A stretch of DNA of 42,248 nt, taken from a virus. The position numbers and the translations under genes are program-made. The notes below the pieces were generated by a model. That model worked only from the letters and a program-made list of their open reading frames with translations, ran no database searches and was not told the origin of the DNA. Below, piece by piece: positions 15,244 to 23,898 of this stretch (its first letter is position 1; each line of letters opens with the position of its first letter). The stretch is taken from positions 1-42,248 of the IMG/VR virus record IMGVR_UViG_3300045988_085462. One strand, written 5' to 3'.

Positions 15244-15508
15244 ACATAGGCTGAAGTCTTTCCCATGTGATGTGCTCGGAAGCGTCAAACGCTTTTTCCA
15301 GCGCTTCGCACCACGGGTCGAACTCCATCGAGGTAAACAGGTCTGTCGTGCCGATCATGGCACGTTCGATGTGCTTGCCGTCCGCAATGAGGTCATCCGG
15401 TGCTTCTTCCTGCCAGACGAAATACCGTTTGGACTTCATCCGCCCGCCGTGGCTTACATGGTCTGTAACAGCTGTGTGGGCAGCAATGATGCACTCATAC
15501 CATGTCAT
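15182..15508 (-). CDS. Head-tail joining / tail-completion-type protein (108 aa)
   Basis: The ATG at 15508 overlaps the upstream gene end. Assigned by synteny, between the head-closure and gp10-like genes. Confidence 0.55.
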   Translation of the reverse strand: MTWYECIIAAHTAVTDHVSHGGRMKSKRYFVWQEEAPDDLIADGKHIERAMIGTTDLFTSMEFDPWCEALEKAFDASEHITWERLQPMYEADTKIWHYRWRWEVFGCS

Positions 15509-15917
15509 CTTCGCTGCCCTCCCGCAAACTGTTGTCATAGTCATGCTCCACGGCACGCAACGCCAGATCCAGCGCAGGCGGCCAGCTTCGGACGGCCTGT
15601 ACCGTGTCGATGCGGTAGTGCCTGCCGTCCTCAGTCTGGGCTTCGTCCTGACTGGAAATAGCGATGCTTTGTGGTGCCGGCACGCGGATCACCCGGACAA
15701 TCTCTGCTTGATTCTGGCGGCTCAGATACAGCCGATTGATGCCAAGGCGCTGCTCCTCGTACCGCAGAATGCACTTTGCCGTGCATTCCACAACAGGGGA
15801 GTGCCCGACCGGTGCAGCGTCCCGCGTAGAAAATATCTGCACAACCCCGCTGTTGAAGGTCTGGCTGACCTCCGTGTCAGGGCGGGTCGGGCTTTTGCGT
15901 GTTTTCTGCAAAATCAT
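15495..15917 (-). CDS. Head closure protein (SPP1 gp16-like)
   Basis: 140 aa. Assigned by synteny plus the pattern ..FNSGVVQIFS....G......A.C.LRYEEQ..G..R. Confidence 0.6.
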   Translation of the reverse strand: MILQKTRKSPTRPDTEVSQTFNSGVVQIFSTRDAAPVGHSPVVECTAKCILRYEEQRLGINRLYLSRQNQAEIVRVIRVPAPQSIAISSQDEAQTEDGRHYRIDTVQAVRSWPPALDLALRAVEHDYDNSLREGSEDDMV

Positions 15918-16206
15918 TCACCAGCCTTTCGTTTCTCGCCGCAAGCAGCAGGTGCAGATAATTGTGCTCAAAAATATCTGCTGCGCCGTCTCGGGTGTAG
16001 CGCACATAGTCCATCAGCAGCGCGCGGGCAAGCCCGGGCTGCGTGTAGTCTTGTGCTGCGCCGATCTTGCTATCCAGATAGAGCATACCGGCCACTGTGA
16101 TGTCCCAGATTTTTTTATCCAGTGCATCATCCGACCATGTGATATCAAGATAGTTTTTGATATCCGGCAGCAGCTTTTCCCGCTGCTCGTCCCACTTGCT
16201 GGTCAT
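15877..16206 (-). CDS. gp6-like head-tail connector
   Basis: 109 aa directly after the capsid gene. IKNYLDITWSDDALDKKIWDIT is typical of the Phage_connect_1 family. Confidence 0.65.
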   Translation of the reverse strand: MTSKWDEQREKLLPDIKNYLDITWSDDALDKKIWDITVAGMLYLDSKIGAAQDYTQPGLARALLMDYVRYTRDGAADIFEHNYLHLLLAARNERLVNDFAENTQKPDPP

Positions 16207-16208
16207 GA

Positions 16209-17699
16209 TCAGGACTTGGTGACGGTGACGGTGTAGGTCTTGGCGGTCTCACCGTCCGCTGCGGTCACGGTAATGGTCACAGTGTTGCTGCCATCGTTCC
16301 AAGTTGCAGGCTTTCCGTTCTCAATCTCCTTGCCGCCCACTTCCACTTTGACCTTAGCGCCAGCGTTAGCGGGGGTTGCGGTAATGGTGTTGGAGGCCGC
16401 AGAGGTGGTAGCCGTATAGGTCACATTGCTGGAGGTAAAGCCCGGGGTCAGATTCAGACTGCCCAGCTTCAGGGCGCTCAGAGTTGCATCATTGGATGCG
16501 GCAGGCGCGGGAACGGTAGTCACGCGGTAGGTCATGGGCTGCAGGCCGGTAATGTCCAGATTCAGGAAGGCATTGTTGTCCACCGGGAAGCCGTTGGCAT
16601 ACAGCTTGATCAGATAGACGCGCTCGTCCTCGAGGAAATGGTAATCATCGCTGTATTCGATGCGGCCGTTCTTGTTCATGCCGACCGGTGCAAAGTACAG
16701 GTGGCCGATGCCAAACACAGCCTGACCACGCGGCAGCGCAGCGGTCTTGATGACGGTCAGGGGAACAGGGAAAATATCGTTGCGGTAGGTGCCATCCGGG
16801 GCACGCACAGTGGTTGCAGGCATCACGCGCAGGTAGTAATCCTGCGGGTTGACCAGCAGGATCAGATCATCCGGGTCACGATCCTTGCCGTTGGCAGTCT
16901 TACCCAGCATGGAGATCAGATTGCCCATCGTGGCAGGCTCGAAATCGTTGACCTTGACCTTTGCCTTCTCGGGATAGGTCTTGCCGCCGATCACGGCAAC
17001 GTCATCGCTCACATCACGCACCATGCCAATGGGCTGATCGTTGCCGTCGCCCATGACGATGCCCTCTTCCAGACCGTTCGCCAGAGCTTCCGCCAGAATA
17101 GCGCGGATGTAGCGGTCCAGCCACTCAGGGCCCAGATCCAGCTGTGCCTTGCAGACAGGGATGAACGCAGACAGCTTGTACAAACCTGCATCCACTTCCT
17201 TAAAGCCGGAGGTCAGTTCCTCCACGATCTTGGCGCACAGCTTGCCCCACTTGGCCTTGTGGATGCCATCAGTGTTCAGCATCATGCGGATCGCGCCGCC
17301 GGTGGGGGTAAACTGGATCTTACTCAGCAGGGGGTGCTTGGATGCCAGATCGTCCATCACGCGGCTGATAACCGTCTGCGGGAACACAACGGTCACGTTC
17401 TCCAGCGCCTGCTTGGGGTTGTCAGCGCGCATGGCCTTCTCCACGGCCTGATAATACTCGCGCTCGTTGCTGGTCAGCTGGCGCACGCCGCGGGCATACA
17501 GGACGGAGTTGTCCAGCTCCTGCTTCATGCCGTCCAGCTGCTGCTGGTACTCCTCGCGGTTGATGTCGCCCACGGTCTGGAACATCTGCAGGAAGGTGTC
17601 AGTCACAGCATTCTCGTCGTTGCTCTTGTAAGCATCGTGCAGCTTCTGGCGCAGATCGTTCAGCTTCTGATTGTTCTTGTACAGTTCAGAAAGATTCAT
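16209..17699 (-). CDS. Major capsid protein (HK97 fold) with a C-terminal cadherin-like beta-sandwich domain
   Basis: AAAGGAG RBS then ATG at 17699. N-terminal delta-like coiled region and an HK97-type body. The last ~95 aa (ATLSALKLGSLNLTPGFTSSNVTYTATT..GSNTVTITVTAADGETAKTYTVTVTK) match the cadherin-like (PF12733-type) consensus. Confidence 0.85.
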   Translation of the reverse strand: MNLSELYKNNQKLNDLRQKLHDAYKSNDENAVTDTFLQMFQTVGDINREEYQQQLDGMKQELDNSVLYARGVRQLTSNEREYYQAVEKAMRADNPKQALENVTVVFPQTVISRVMDDLASKHPLLSKIQFTPTGGAIRMMLNTDGIHKAKWGKLCAKIVEELTSGFKEVDAGLYKLSAFIPVCKAQLDLGPEWLDRYIRAILAEALANGLEEGIVMGDGNDQPIGMVRDVSDDVAVIGGKTYPEKAKVKVNDFEPATMGNLISMLGKTANGKDRDPDDLILLVNPQDYYLRVMPATTVRAPDGTYRNDIFPVPLTVIKTAALPRGQAVFGIGHLYFAPVGMNKNGRIEYSDDYHFLEDERVYLIKLYANGFPVDNNAFLNLDITGLQPMTYRVTTVPAPAASNDATLSALKLGSLNLTPGFTSSNVTYTATTSAASNTITATPANAGAKVKVEVGGKEIENGKPATWNDGSNTVTITVTAADGETAKTYTVTVTKS

Positions 17700-17725
17700 G
17701 TTGTTTTCTCCTTTTTGGTATTTAA

Positions 17726-17758
17726 AAAGCAGCACTCCCACGAAGGAAGTGCTGCTTT
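17726..17758 (-). terminator. Hairpin between the protease and capsid genes (AAAGCAGCACT / AGTGCTGCTTT)
   Basis: An 11-bp stem with an 11-nt loop. On the minus strand it is followed by TTTTAAAT. Confidence 0.5.
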
Positions 17759-17769
17759 ACGGCTTATGT

Positions 17770-18462
17770 TCAGATATTGCAAAGCATCTGCATCAAGCTG
17801 CGCTTTGCGGGCGGTTCTTTGGGCTGCGGTTCAGCGGGTGGCTCTACATCCTCATGCGGCACCATAAGCTGCTGCACGATCAGGCCGCGCACGCTCTGGG
17901 ACACGCCGGAAGCATCGCCGGTTTTGCGGATGCTGGTTGCAATACCTTTTTCCAGCATAGCGGCAGGGGAGTACCACGCCTTACTGTTTACAAGGTCGCG
18001 GGCAGCCTGTTCCTCCATGCCGGCGTTTGTGAATGCGCCCAGCCCGATTTCGGTCAGCTGGTCCAGTGCGTTCGCCGCGTTGCGCAGATCCTCGGCGTAA
18101 CCGGCCGCAAGCTGGCTTGCCGGGTGAAAGTAAAAGGCGCTCACATTGCTGGCGATACGCTCCTGACCAGCCAAAAACGGGTAAATGGCAGCGCTGGCAA
18201 CAAACCCGTCTGCATAGGACGTTACCCGCGCACGGCTGCTTTGCAGCGCGTTGTAGATAGCCCATCCTTCGGAAATGTTTCCGCCAAAGCTGTCGATGTG
18301 CAGATTGATCTCGGCTGCATCAGGGATTTTCTTCAGTTGCTGGACAAGACTGTGCCCGCTGGTTTCCTGGCTGGCTTCATCGGCGTATCTTGTGATATCG
18401 CCAAAGATATAGATATCCGTCTGCTCGCCAAACTGCTGGATATCAAAATAGGGTTTCGGCAT
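17770..18462 (-). CDS. ClpP-family head maturation protease
   Basis: GGAGGAATAAT then ATG at 18462. INLHIDSFGGNISEGWAIYNAL matches the S14 (ClpP) pattern. Confidence 0.85.
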   Translation of the reverse strand: MPKPYFDIQQFGEQTDIYIFGDITRYADEASQETSGHSLVQQLKKIPDAAEINLHIDSFGGNISEGWAIYNALQSSRARVTSYADGFVASAAIYPFLAGQERIASNVSAFYFHPASQLAAGYAEDLRNAANALDQLTEIGLGAFTNAGMEEQAARDLVNSKAWYSPAAMLEKGIATSIRKTGDASGVSQSVRGLIVQQLMVPHEDVEPPAEPQPKEPPAKRSLMQMLCNI

Positions 18463-18463
18463 A

Positions 18464-19678
18464 TTATTCCTCCTTCGGGTTGCTTTCCGTGGCGGCGTCC
18501 CTTGCAACAGTCTCCACGGTAGCGATATTTTTGGTCATCCAGTGGATGTTAGCCCATTCATCAGGCAGCGGCGCGCCGCCGGTGGCTTCGCGCAGCTCGT
18601 TGATGCTGTATGCGGCGCTCTCAACGATTTTTTCAATGTTCGCTGCGTTGGAGAACATATCAAAGTGCTGGATGGTGGAGGTGTCCGCATATACGCGGTC
18701 TCCGCGCAGCCAATCTGCCTTGGGAATCAGCTTCCGGCTGAACTCCTTGCTGATCTGCGCCGCCAACGGGTCAATGCCGGTGGTCAGCCAGTGGGTGATA
18801 ATGTCGTTGATGCCCGCCACATCCCCCTGCACAAGCACAGGTGGGATGCCCAGCCCGCGCGCAGTAAAAGAAAAAATGTCATCAAAAAGGGCTTTGATAT
18901 CCCGCGTGTCCTTGGTGCCGGTGCCGTTGTTCATCAGCTGGAACTCGTAGCCGTCAAATTCCGGCAAGATACCGGTGCCGGATTCCAGAAACGGCTTATA
19001 GCTGCTTTCCAGCATGGCAGAAAACTTTTTCTCAAAATCGTCCTGACCGTTGGCAACCTGCGTGACGTGTACCTTCATGTGCTGACCGTTGTTCCAGACG
19101 TTATTCTTGATGCTGGACTGCACCAGATTCTTGTAGCTTTCATACAGCGCGTCCACAACTTTTTTTGCGTCATCGTTGTTCAGAGTAAGGTGCAGCACTT
19201 CGCGTTCTTTCAGGTCGCGGGTATACGACTGCTGCCCGACCTGTATTTGGCGGTATACATTTTCCTGTGTGGGAATGTACTCCGGCTTTGTCCAGCTGTC
19301 TGCAACCACTAGCTCAACGCTGCCACTGCGCGGAATTGGGATAACAAGCGCTTCGTTTTTGGCATACAGCTTGTAGATCACTTTTTTCCAGAACGCCGTG
19401 CTGTTTTCGTTGACGTTCGGCTCTACGTTCAGCAGATAGTAATAATCCGATTTGACTGGTTGCCCGCGCTCGAACGTCTTAAACTCGCAGTTTGCAATCG
19501 CGTTCGCAATCAGGTTTACGCAGCAGTTAAATGCAAGGTCACGCAGCTGGTATTCTTGCCAGTAGCCAAGCATTTCGCAGGTCAGGTCATCGCCGTTCAG
19601 CAGAAAATCATGTGCAGTGATCTTCTGCTCGGGCGGCGAAAACCCGAAAAACCGTTTGATTTTCTCAGAAAAAGGCAT
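18464..19678 (-). CDS. Portal protein, HK97 family
   Basis: 404 aa between TerL and the protease, with an HK97-portal-like pattern. Confidence 0.85.
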   Translation of the reverse strand: MPFSEKIKRFFGFSPPEQKITAHDFLLNGDDLTCEMLGYWQEYQLRDLAFNCCVNLIANAIANCEFKTFERGQPVKSDYYYLLNVEPNVNENSTAFWKKVIYKLYAKNEALVIPIPRSGSVELVVADSWTKPEYIPTQENVYRQIQVGQQSYTRDLKEREVLHLTLNNDDAKKVVDALYESYKNLVQSSIKNNVWNNGQHMKVHVTQVANGQDDFEKKFSAMLESSYKPFLESGTGILPEFDGYEFQLMNNGTGTKDTRDIKALFDDIFSFTARGLGIPPVLVQGDVAGINDIITHWLTTGIDPLAAQISKEFSRKLIPKADWLRGDRVYADTSTIQHFDMFSNAANIEKIVESAAYSINELREATGGAPLPDEWANIHWMTKNIATVETVARDAATESNPKEE

Positions 19679-19710
19679 TGTTTTTCTCCTTCCGGCAAGT
19701 TACCGGCAAG

Positions 19711-21378
19711 TTACCAGCAAAATGCTCCGATCTTTGGCAGCTGCACCTGACCGGTGCCAAGATCACTTTCCACCGTCATGGCTGCCGCCAGCGCCATGAA
19801 CGGGTCTGTTTTTCGGCTTTTGCCCTCAATTTTTGCGTAAATGAAGTTTCCGGTATCCACACCCTGAGCTCGGCTGCTACGCACGCGCTTGGTATTGTTG
19901 ACCGCCCAGCGCAGATGCGGCACATCGCCCCAAGTAAACAGGTTGCGGTTAAAGCAGTCCTGTATCACTGGGTCAACCTGCATAATGTCGCTGGGGCGTA
20001 CCAGCTTTACCCGGTTTTTATCCTTCGCGTCAAAACCGATACTTTGCAGCGCTTCTGCCATCATGGTGTAACGGAAATGGTCAAGCGCCAATTTTTTTAC
20101 GGTGTATTTTCGTCCGGCTTCCCGGATGAAATCCGTCAGAAGATACGGCGAGATGCTTACATCGTCCACATAGGTGCAGTCTCCGTTTTCGCACCACGTT
20201 CGCCATGGGGCTTTTACCCGGGGCAGGGTCTTGCTGTTGGCGCAGATCCATGCGTGATTGATATCATAGCGCTGGCCTCCTTTGCGGAAATGCAGATTTA
20301 CTGACGCCCAGTCGTCCAATTCCGCGTAGTCGATGCCCACAGTGCATCTCCAGCCGGCCATATCCGGCAGGGGGCGGTTTGTTGCCCTGACGTTTTCGTA
20401 GTCTGTGACCGAGATCTCCTTCGCGCCGTCCCGGATGCCCATGCGTTTTGTGATGAAATCGCCGTTTTGCTCCGGGCGTTCTTTCCAGTCGCGATATTCG
20501 TCGTGAATCTCCTGCATCAGATGCGGCAGATAGGGCAGGGAAGGGTTTGCCATGCACCAGTTTTCCGAGTCGTGCACCTCGTCCTTGGTGTTCAGGCAGC
20601 AGATGAACGGCAAAAAGCCCTCATCCGGTTCGCCCTCAAATAAAATGCGCCGACCTCTAGCAAGGTAATCGTCTAAGGGACCGTCCGATACATCGCCGTT
20701 GGACGTAAAAAAGCCAACGCGAGGCTCTGCAACCTTGCCTTGGCCGGTGATAAACACTTTGATGTTGTCGTAATTCTGGTACTGATGCACCTCGTTGAAG
20801 ATGACCGCACCGGAACGCATACCATCGCGCCCCTTGGGGTTATTGGTGCGGCCTTTTACTTCGCCCAGATTCTTGCGCCCCTGCAGCACCTCTTTTGTGT
20901 GATAGTAAAACCGCGAAAGCTTGGCTTCATACTTCGGGTTTTCCAGCGCTTCCACGATATCCTTCACGGGGGTGACGGCCTGCTCCTCGTTGTTGGCGCA
21001 GATGTCCACGTTATAGTGCGGCACCGGGTTGTATGGGCTGATCAGCGCCGCCGAGGAAATGGCAATCACGCCATCCTTGCCAGCGCCACGCCCGACCATA
21101 GCAAACAACGTCTTGAACCGGGGACTCCCATCCTTGCGATAGGTGCATAACCAAAGCCCCAGCGCGAAGGTCTGCCACGGAAAAAGGCGGTCATAAGGAA
21201 AATACCGGGCGATACGGAAGTATTTCCGCATACGCTCGGTATCTACATAAATATCTTCAGTTGCAAAAACGCGCCGGATCAGTGCAACAAGGGCGTGCTG
21301 CTCCTTGCAAGCACGCGGAGCATTGTTCTCCACCTGCTCAATGTACTCCAAGATCTCCGGGGGAATATTACAGCTCAT
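19711..21378 (-). CDS. terL: Terminase large subunit (Terminase_1 type)
   Basis: The ATG at 21378 overlaps the TerS end. Walker-A-like AMVGRGAGKDG. The upstream 42 codons of the track ORF are out-of-frame overlap with TerS. Confidence 0.9.
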   Translation of the reverse strand: MSCNIPPEILEYIEQVENNAPRACKEQHALVALIRRVFATEDIYVDTERMRKYFRIARYFPYDRLFPWQTFALGLWLCTYRKDGSPRFKTLFAMVGRGAGKDGVIAISSAALISPYNPVPHYNVDICANNEEQAVTPVKDIVEALENPKYEAKLSRFYYHTKEVLQGRKNLGEVKGRTNNPKGRDGMRSGAVIFNEVHQYQNYDNIKVFITGQGKVAEPRVGFFTSNGDVSDGPLDDYLARGRRILFEGEPDEGFLPFICCLNTKDEVHDSENWCMANPSLPYLPHLMQEIHDEYRDWKERPEQNGDFITKRMGIRDGAKEISVTDYENVRATNRPLPDMAGWRCTVGIDYAELDDWASVNLHFRKGGQRYDINHAWICANSKTLPRVKAPWRTWCENGDCTYVDDVSISPYLLTDFIREAGRKYTVKKLALDHFRYTMMAEALQSIGFDAKDKNRVKLVRPSDIMQVDPVIQDCFNRNLFTWGDVPHLRWAVNNTKRVRSSRAQGVDTGNFIYAKIEGKSRKTDPFMALAAAMTVESDLGTGQVQLPKIGAFCW

Positions 21379-21724
21379 CGTCCTCGCTGGGCTTCGCCGC
21401 CATAAATTTGAACGTCTGCACGACCCGCAGCAGCGTTGACACGGTGGAGTTGGCTGCGCTGGCAGTCTGGTTATAGACCTGAATGGAAGGGTTTGCCACT
21501 TCAATCTCCGCGCCGCGCGGGGTGGTCTTTACAACGGTAAGGCCGCGCTCGTTCATGTCGTTCTGTGCCTGATCCAGAAGGTCCAGCTGCGTAACATACC
21601 GGTCCAGCGTGGAGCGATATAAAAAGTTTGTGTCGCAGTTGGCTGCCTTCGCGGCCTGCTCGATCTCCGCCAGCTCCGTCCGGTATTTTTCGCTGGCGGT
21701 GGCCGGTGTTTTCCTTTTTCCCAT
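21368..21724 (-). CDS. terS: Terminase small subunit, P27 family
   Basis: GGAG RBS then ATG at 21724 (an alternative ATG is at 21745). Pattern ..ERGLTVVKTTPRGAEIEVANPSIQVYNQTA. Confidence 0.7.
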   Translation of the reverse strand: MGKRKTPATASEKYRTELAEIEQAAKAANCDTNFLYRSTLDRYVTQLDLLDQAQNDMNERGLTVVKTTPRGAEIEVANPSIQVYNQTASAANSTVSTLLRVVQTFKFMAAKPSEDDEL

Positions 21725-21737
21725 CACGATCTCCGTT

Positions 21738-21980
21738 TCATCCATATTTGTGCAATTTGTATGCGCAGATTGCATCGTAGAGTTCCAATTTTTCTTTGCT
21801 TTTCAGCGTGGAGATGGCTTCAAAGTAGTATCGTTGGAATGTAAAGCTGTCATTTTCTAAATCCTTCTCTCGTTCTCGTGATTCTCTTATGCGCCTTGAC
21901 AGGCCTAGTGCCTTTGCCGTACGCTGGGCGGGTATGTTTTGCCTTGATATACCCACAAGGCGGCTTCGGCCCGAAATCAA
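21738..21980 (-). CDS. Alternative overlapping ORF; the C-terminus resembles phage 'DSFxFyxxxxEAI' N-terminal domains
   Basis: DSFTFQRYYFEAISTLKSKEKLELYDAICAYKL, in the +1 frame relative to 21850..22026. No convincing RBS at its ATG. Confidence 0.3.
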   Translation of the reverse strand: MISGRSRLVGISRQNIPAQRTAKALGLSRRIRESREREKDLENDSFTFQRYYFEAISTLKSKEKLELYDAICAYKLHKYG

Positions 21981-22026
21981 AAAGGCTCAAGTCCATAACG
22001 ATGATGCCAAACTTCTTGTTTGTCAT
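21850..22026 (-). CDS. Hypothetical small basic protein (58 aa)
   Basis: Strong AGGAGGG RBS then ATG at 22026. Overlaps the alternative ORF 21738..21980. Confidence 0.4.
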   Translation of the reverse strand: MTNKKFGIIVMDLSLFDFGPKPPCGYIKAKHTRPAYGKGTRPVKAHKRITRTREGFRK

Positions 22027-22117
22027 GTTTAGCCCTCCTATACCATCTTCGCGCGTGTGCGTGCGCGCAAGGCCAGCGGCAAAGTCAGGGGACACCCCGA
22101 ATAAGGGCTTGACCCGC

Positions 22118-22324
22118 TCAACCCGTTTTTTCGGAAGGGGGGTGTACACAGTCTTTTATAATTCGCGGCCATTCATTTTCTAAGTCTTCCAGCGCGCGGA
22201 TAAATCCCTCTTGCAATTGTAACTTCACAAACTCTTTGCACCATTCATCGCCAAGAGATAAATGCTCCGGCGTCAAGCAAAAATACAGTTTTACATAATG
22301 ATTACAATTATCAGACGATGGCAT
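22118..22324 (-). CDS. Hypothetical protein (68 aa)
   Basis: ATG immediately after the HNH stop codon. Lower-GC segment. Confidence 0.5.
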   Translation of the reverse strand: MPSSDNCNHYVKLYFCLTPEHLSLGDEWCKEFVKLQLQEGFIRALEDLENEWPRIIKDCVHPPSEKTG

Positions 22325-22681
22325 TCAATCCCACCTTTCTAACGTCAGCGGCGCACCGCCGCTGCATTTCCGCAGCCGCTCCGGGTGGCACACAGTCTCG
22401 TGGCAGTCCTTGCATACGCTGATAAGGTTGCGCTGCCGGTTGCCGTCTGCATCCGTATACCAGATATCCAGCGCAAGCTTTGGCGCGCGGCGCACATGGT
22501 TGACATGGTGCACCAGTTCTGCCCGCCGGTAACGCCCGCGCTCCTTGCACAGCTGGCATTCGTGCTTGTCCATGTCCAGTACCTTGTGCGATAGCCGCAC
22601 CCACTGCGAGGAACAGTAGAACGGATGCACATCACCCGATGCTATCAAAGAGCAGAGCCATTTGTAAAACTTATCGGTCAT
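22325..22681 (-). CDS. Phage HNH endonuclease (terminase-associated type)
   Basis: CQLCKERG....ELVHHVNH......N...LISVCKDCHETVCH motif. Located upstream of TerS/TerL as in cos-type HK97-like phages. Confidence 0.85.
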   Translation of the reverse strand: MTDKFYKWLCSLIASGDVHPFYCSSQWVRLSHKVLDMDKHECQLCKERGRYRRAELVHHVNHVRRAPKLALDIWYTDADGNRQRNLISVCKDCHETVCHPERLRKCSGGAPLTLERWD

Positions 22682-22791
22682 GAGTAGTTAAGGCTTTCTT
22701 TTCCACGATTTTGCAGCGCCATCCAAACGCAACTCATGCTTCCAGCGCTTCATGCAGCTGCAGGGTGTTGTCGGTGACTTTGATGTTGTAA

Positions 22792-23586
22792 TCAAATTTC
22801 ATGGCTGTTCAGATACTCCACAATGACACGCTCCCGGGCGGACAGTTCCCATTTTGTGGCCGCAGCCCTCTCAGCCGCAGCCCTCCTGACAGCGGCGTGC
22901 TCTGCGGCGAGGCGGTCAGACAGCAGCAGACCTGAACCAAAAATCGTTTTCCCCGTGGAGCGTTGTGCATCCAGCGCATAAATCGGAGCGCAGTCCTTTT
23001 TATGAATTTTGAAATCTACACCGTAATGGCTGTATCGTTGGAGCATTGCAGCCGTCACAATATGATCCGGGTATGTATACTTTGGCAGCTGTACCGTTTT
23101 GGTGCGTCGCAGGCGCTCTACCTCATCGTTTACCAGTTTCGTCAGGCGAGGTTCTGTCTGCGCTATGATATCCCCGCCGTAGCTGGTCACAAAACTTGTT
23201 CGGACGATTGCACCGTTTTCGTACTCGATACTACAGTCGCAAATGATATGGTTCATCCGCATATTATTTGCCCTTCCAGAAAACGCTGTCAAAGATGGAG
23301 CGAATAGGAAGAACGGAATGCCACGATCGAGATAGAATCCGCAGATTCGGGACAGGATTGAAAACGGTGGGTTGTCCAGAACAACGGCACCCTCCGGGTA
23401 GTCGAAATTTTCATAATCGCCGCCGGGGTAAAACGGGCGCACAATTTTGGCTGGGTCGATGCCGTACTCCTTGCACGTCCAGTCCCGGATAACTGCGTAA
23501 ATGCTGGGTGGTGTGTAACAGTCGTCCGTGGTCTTTTTGGGTTTGAACTTCTCCACGAACTCTTCATACGATTCGCCTGCTGCCAT
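22792..23586 (-). CDS. Orphan DNA N6-adenine methyltransferase-like protein
   Basis: VVLDNPPFS (NPPF motif IV) and an N-terminal DDCYTPP motif. No restriction partner is nearby. Confidence 0.65.
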   Translation of the reverse strand: MAAGESYEEFVEKFKPKKTTDDCYTPPSIYAVIRDWTCKEYGIDPAKIVRPFYPGGDYENFDYPEGAVVLDNPPFSILSRICGFYLDRGIPFFLFAPSLTAFSGRANNMRMNHIICDCSIEYENGAIVRTSFVTSYGGDIIAQTEPRLTKLVNDEVERLRRTKTVQLPKYTYPDHIVTAAMLQRYSHYGVDFKIHKKDCAPIYALDAQRSTGKTIFGSGLLLSDRLAAEHAAVRRAAAERAAATKWELSARERVIVEYLNSHEI

Positions 23587-23649
23587 CTTGGCTGTCCTCC
23601 TCGTCCACAGTTTCCCGCTCTATGCTCTCTGCCATCCGCTTCGCCTTCC

Positions 23650-23680
23650 TGCAAAACAAAAGCCGTCCTTGCGAACGGCA
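23650..23680 (-). terminator. Small hairpin plus T-run between the tRNAs and the methyltransferase gene
   Basis: On the minus strand, GCCGT-tcgcaagg-ACGGC followed by TTTTGTTTTG. Confidence 0.4.
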
Positions 23681-23816
23681 GGATATCAAAATAAGCAGCA
23701 CTCCCAATATACATTCAGTTTCTCGGACAACGTAAACAGGTGGAGTGCTGCTGCATCCGGTACTTTCGCCGCCAGATGCCCGGCTATCTGCGCAGCCCCC
23801 TCACAGGGTACGCAAA

Positions 23817-23892
23817 TGGCATTCCCGGCAGGGACTGAGCCTGCAGCCTCTGGTTTTGGAGACCAGCGCTCTACCAATTGAGCTACGGGAAC
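23817..23892 (-). tRNA. tRNA-Trp (anticodon CCA), CCA-encoded, atypical T-loop
   Basis: Hand-folded: acceptor GTTCCCG/CGGGAAT (G1-U72), D-arm GCTC/GAGC, anticodon arm CTGGT-CTCCAAA-ACCAG, T-arm GCAGG-CTCAGTC-CCTGC, discriminator G, CCA. Confidence 0.75.
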
Positions 23893-23898
23893 ATATCA

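Noticed and set aside
19692-19713. 11-bp tandem duplication CCGGCAAGTTA x2 between TerL and portal
   Set aside because: It is real but short. It overlaps the TerL stop codon and the portal RBS spacer. It is most simply a replication-slippage duplication without evident function.
19711-21504. N-terminal extensions of several track ORFs (TerL to 21504, protease to 18507, capsid to 17741, Tal to 9638, ParA to 29413, XRE to 40182, and others)
   Set aside because: The extensions overlap the upstream gene out of frame, look non-coding and lack an RBS. Internal starts with AGGAGG-type RBSs or ATGA/TGATG coupling fit better.
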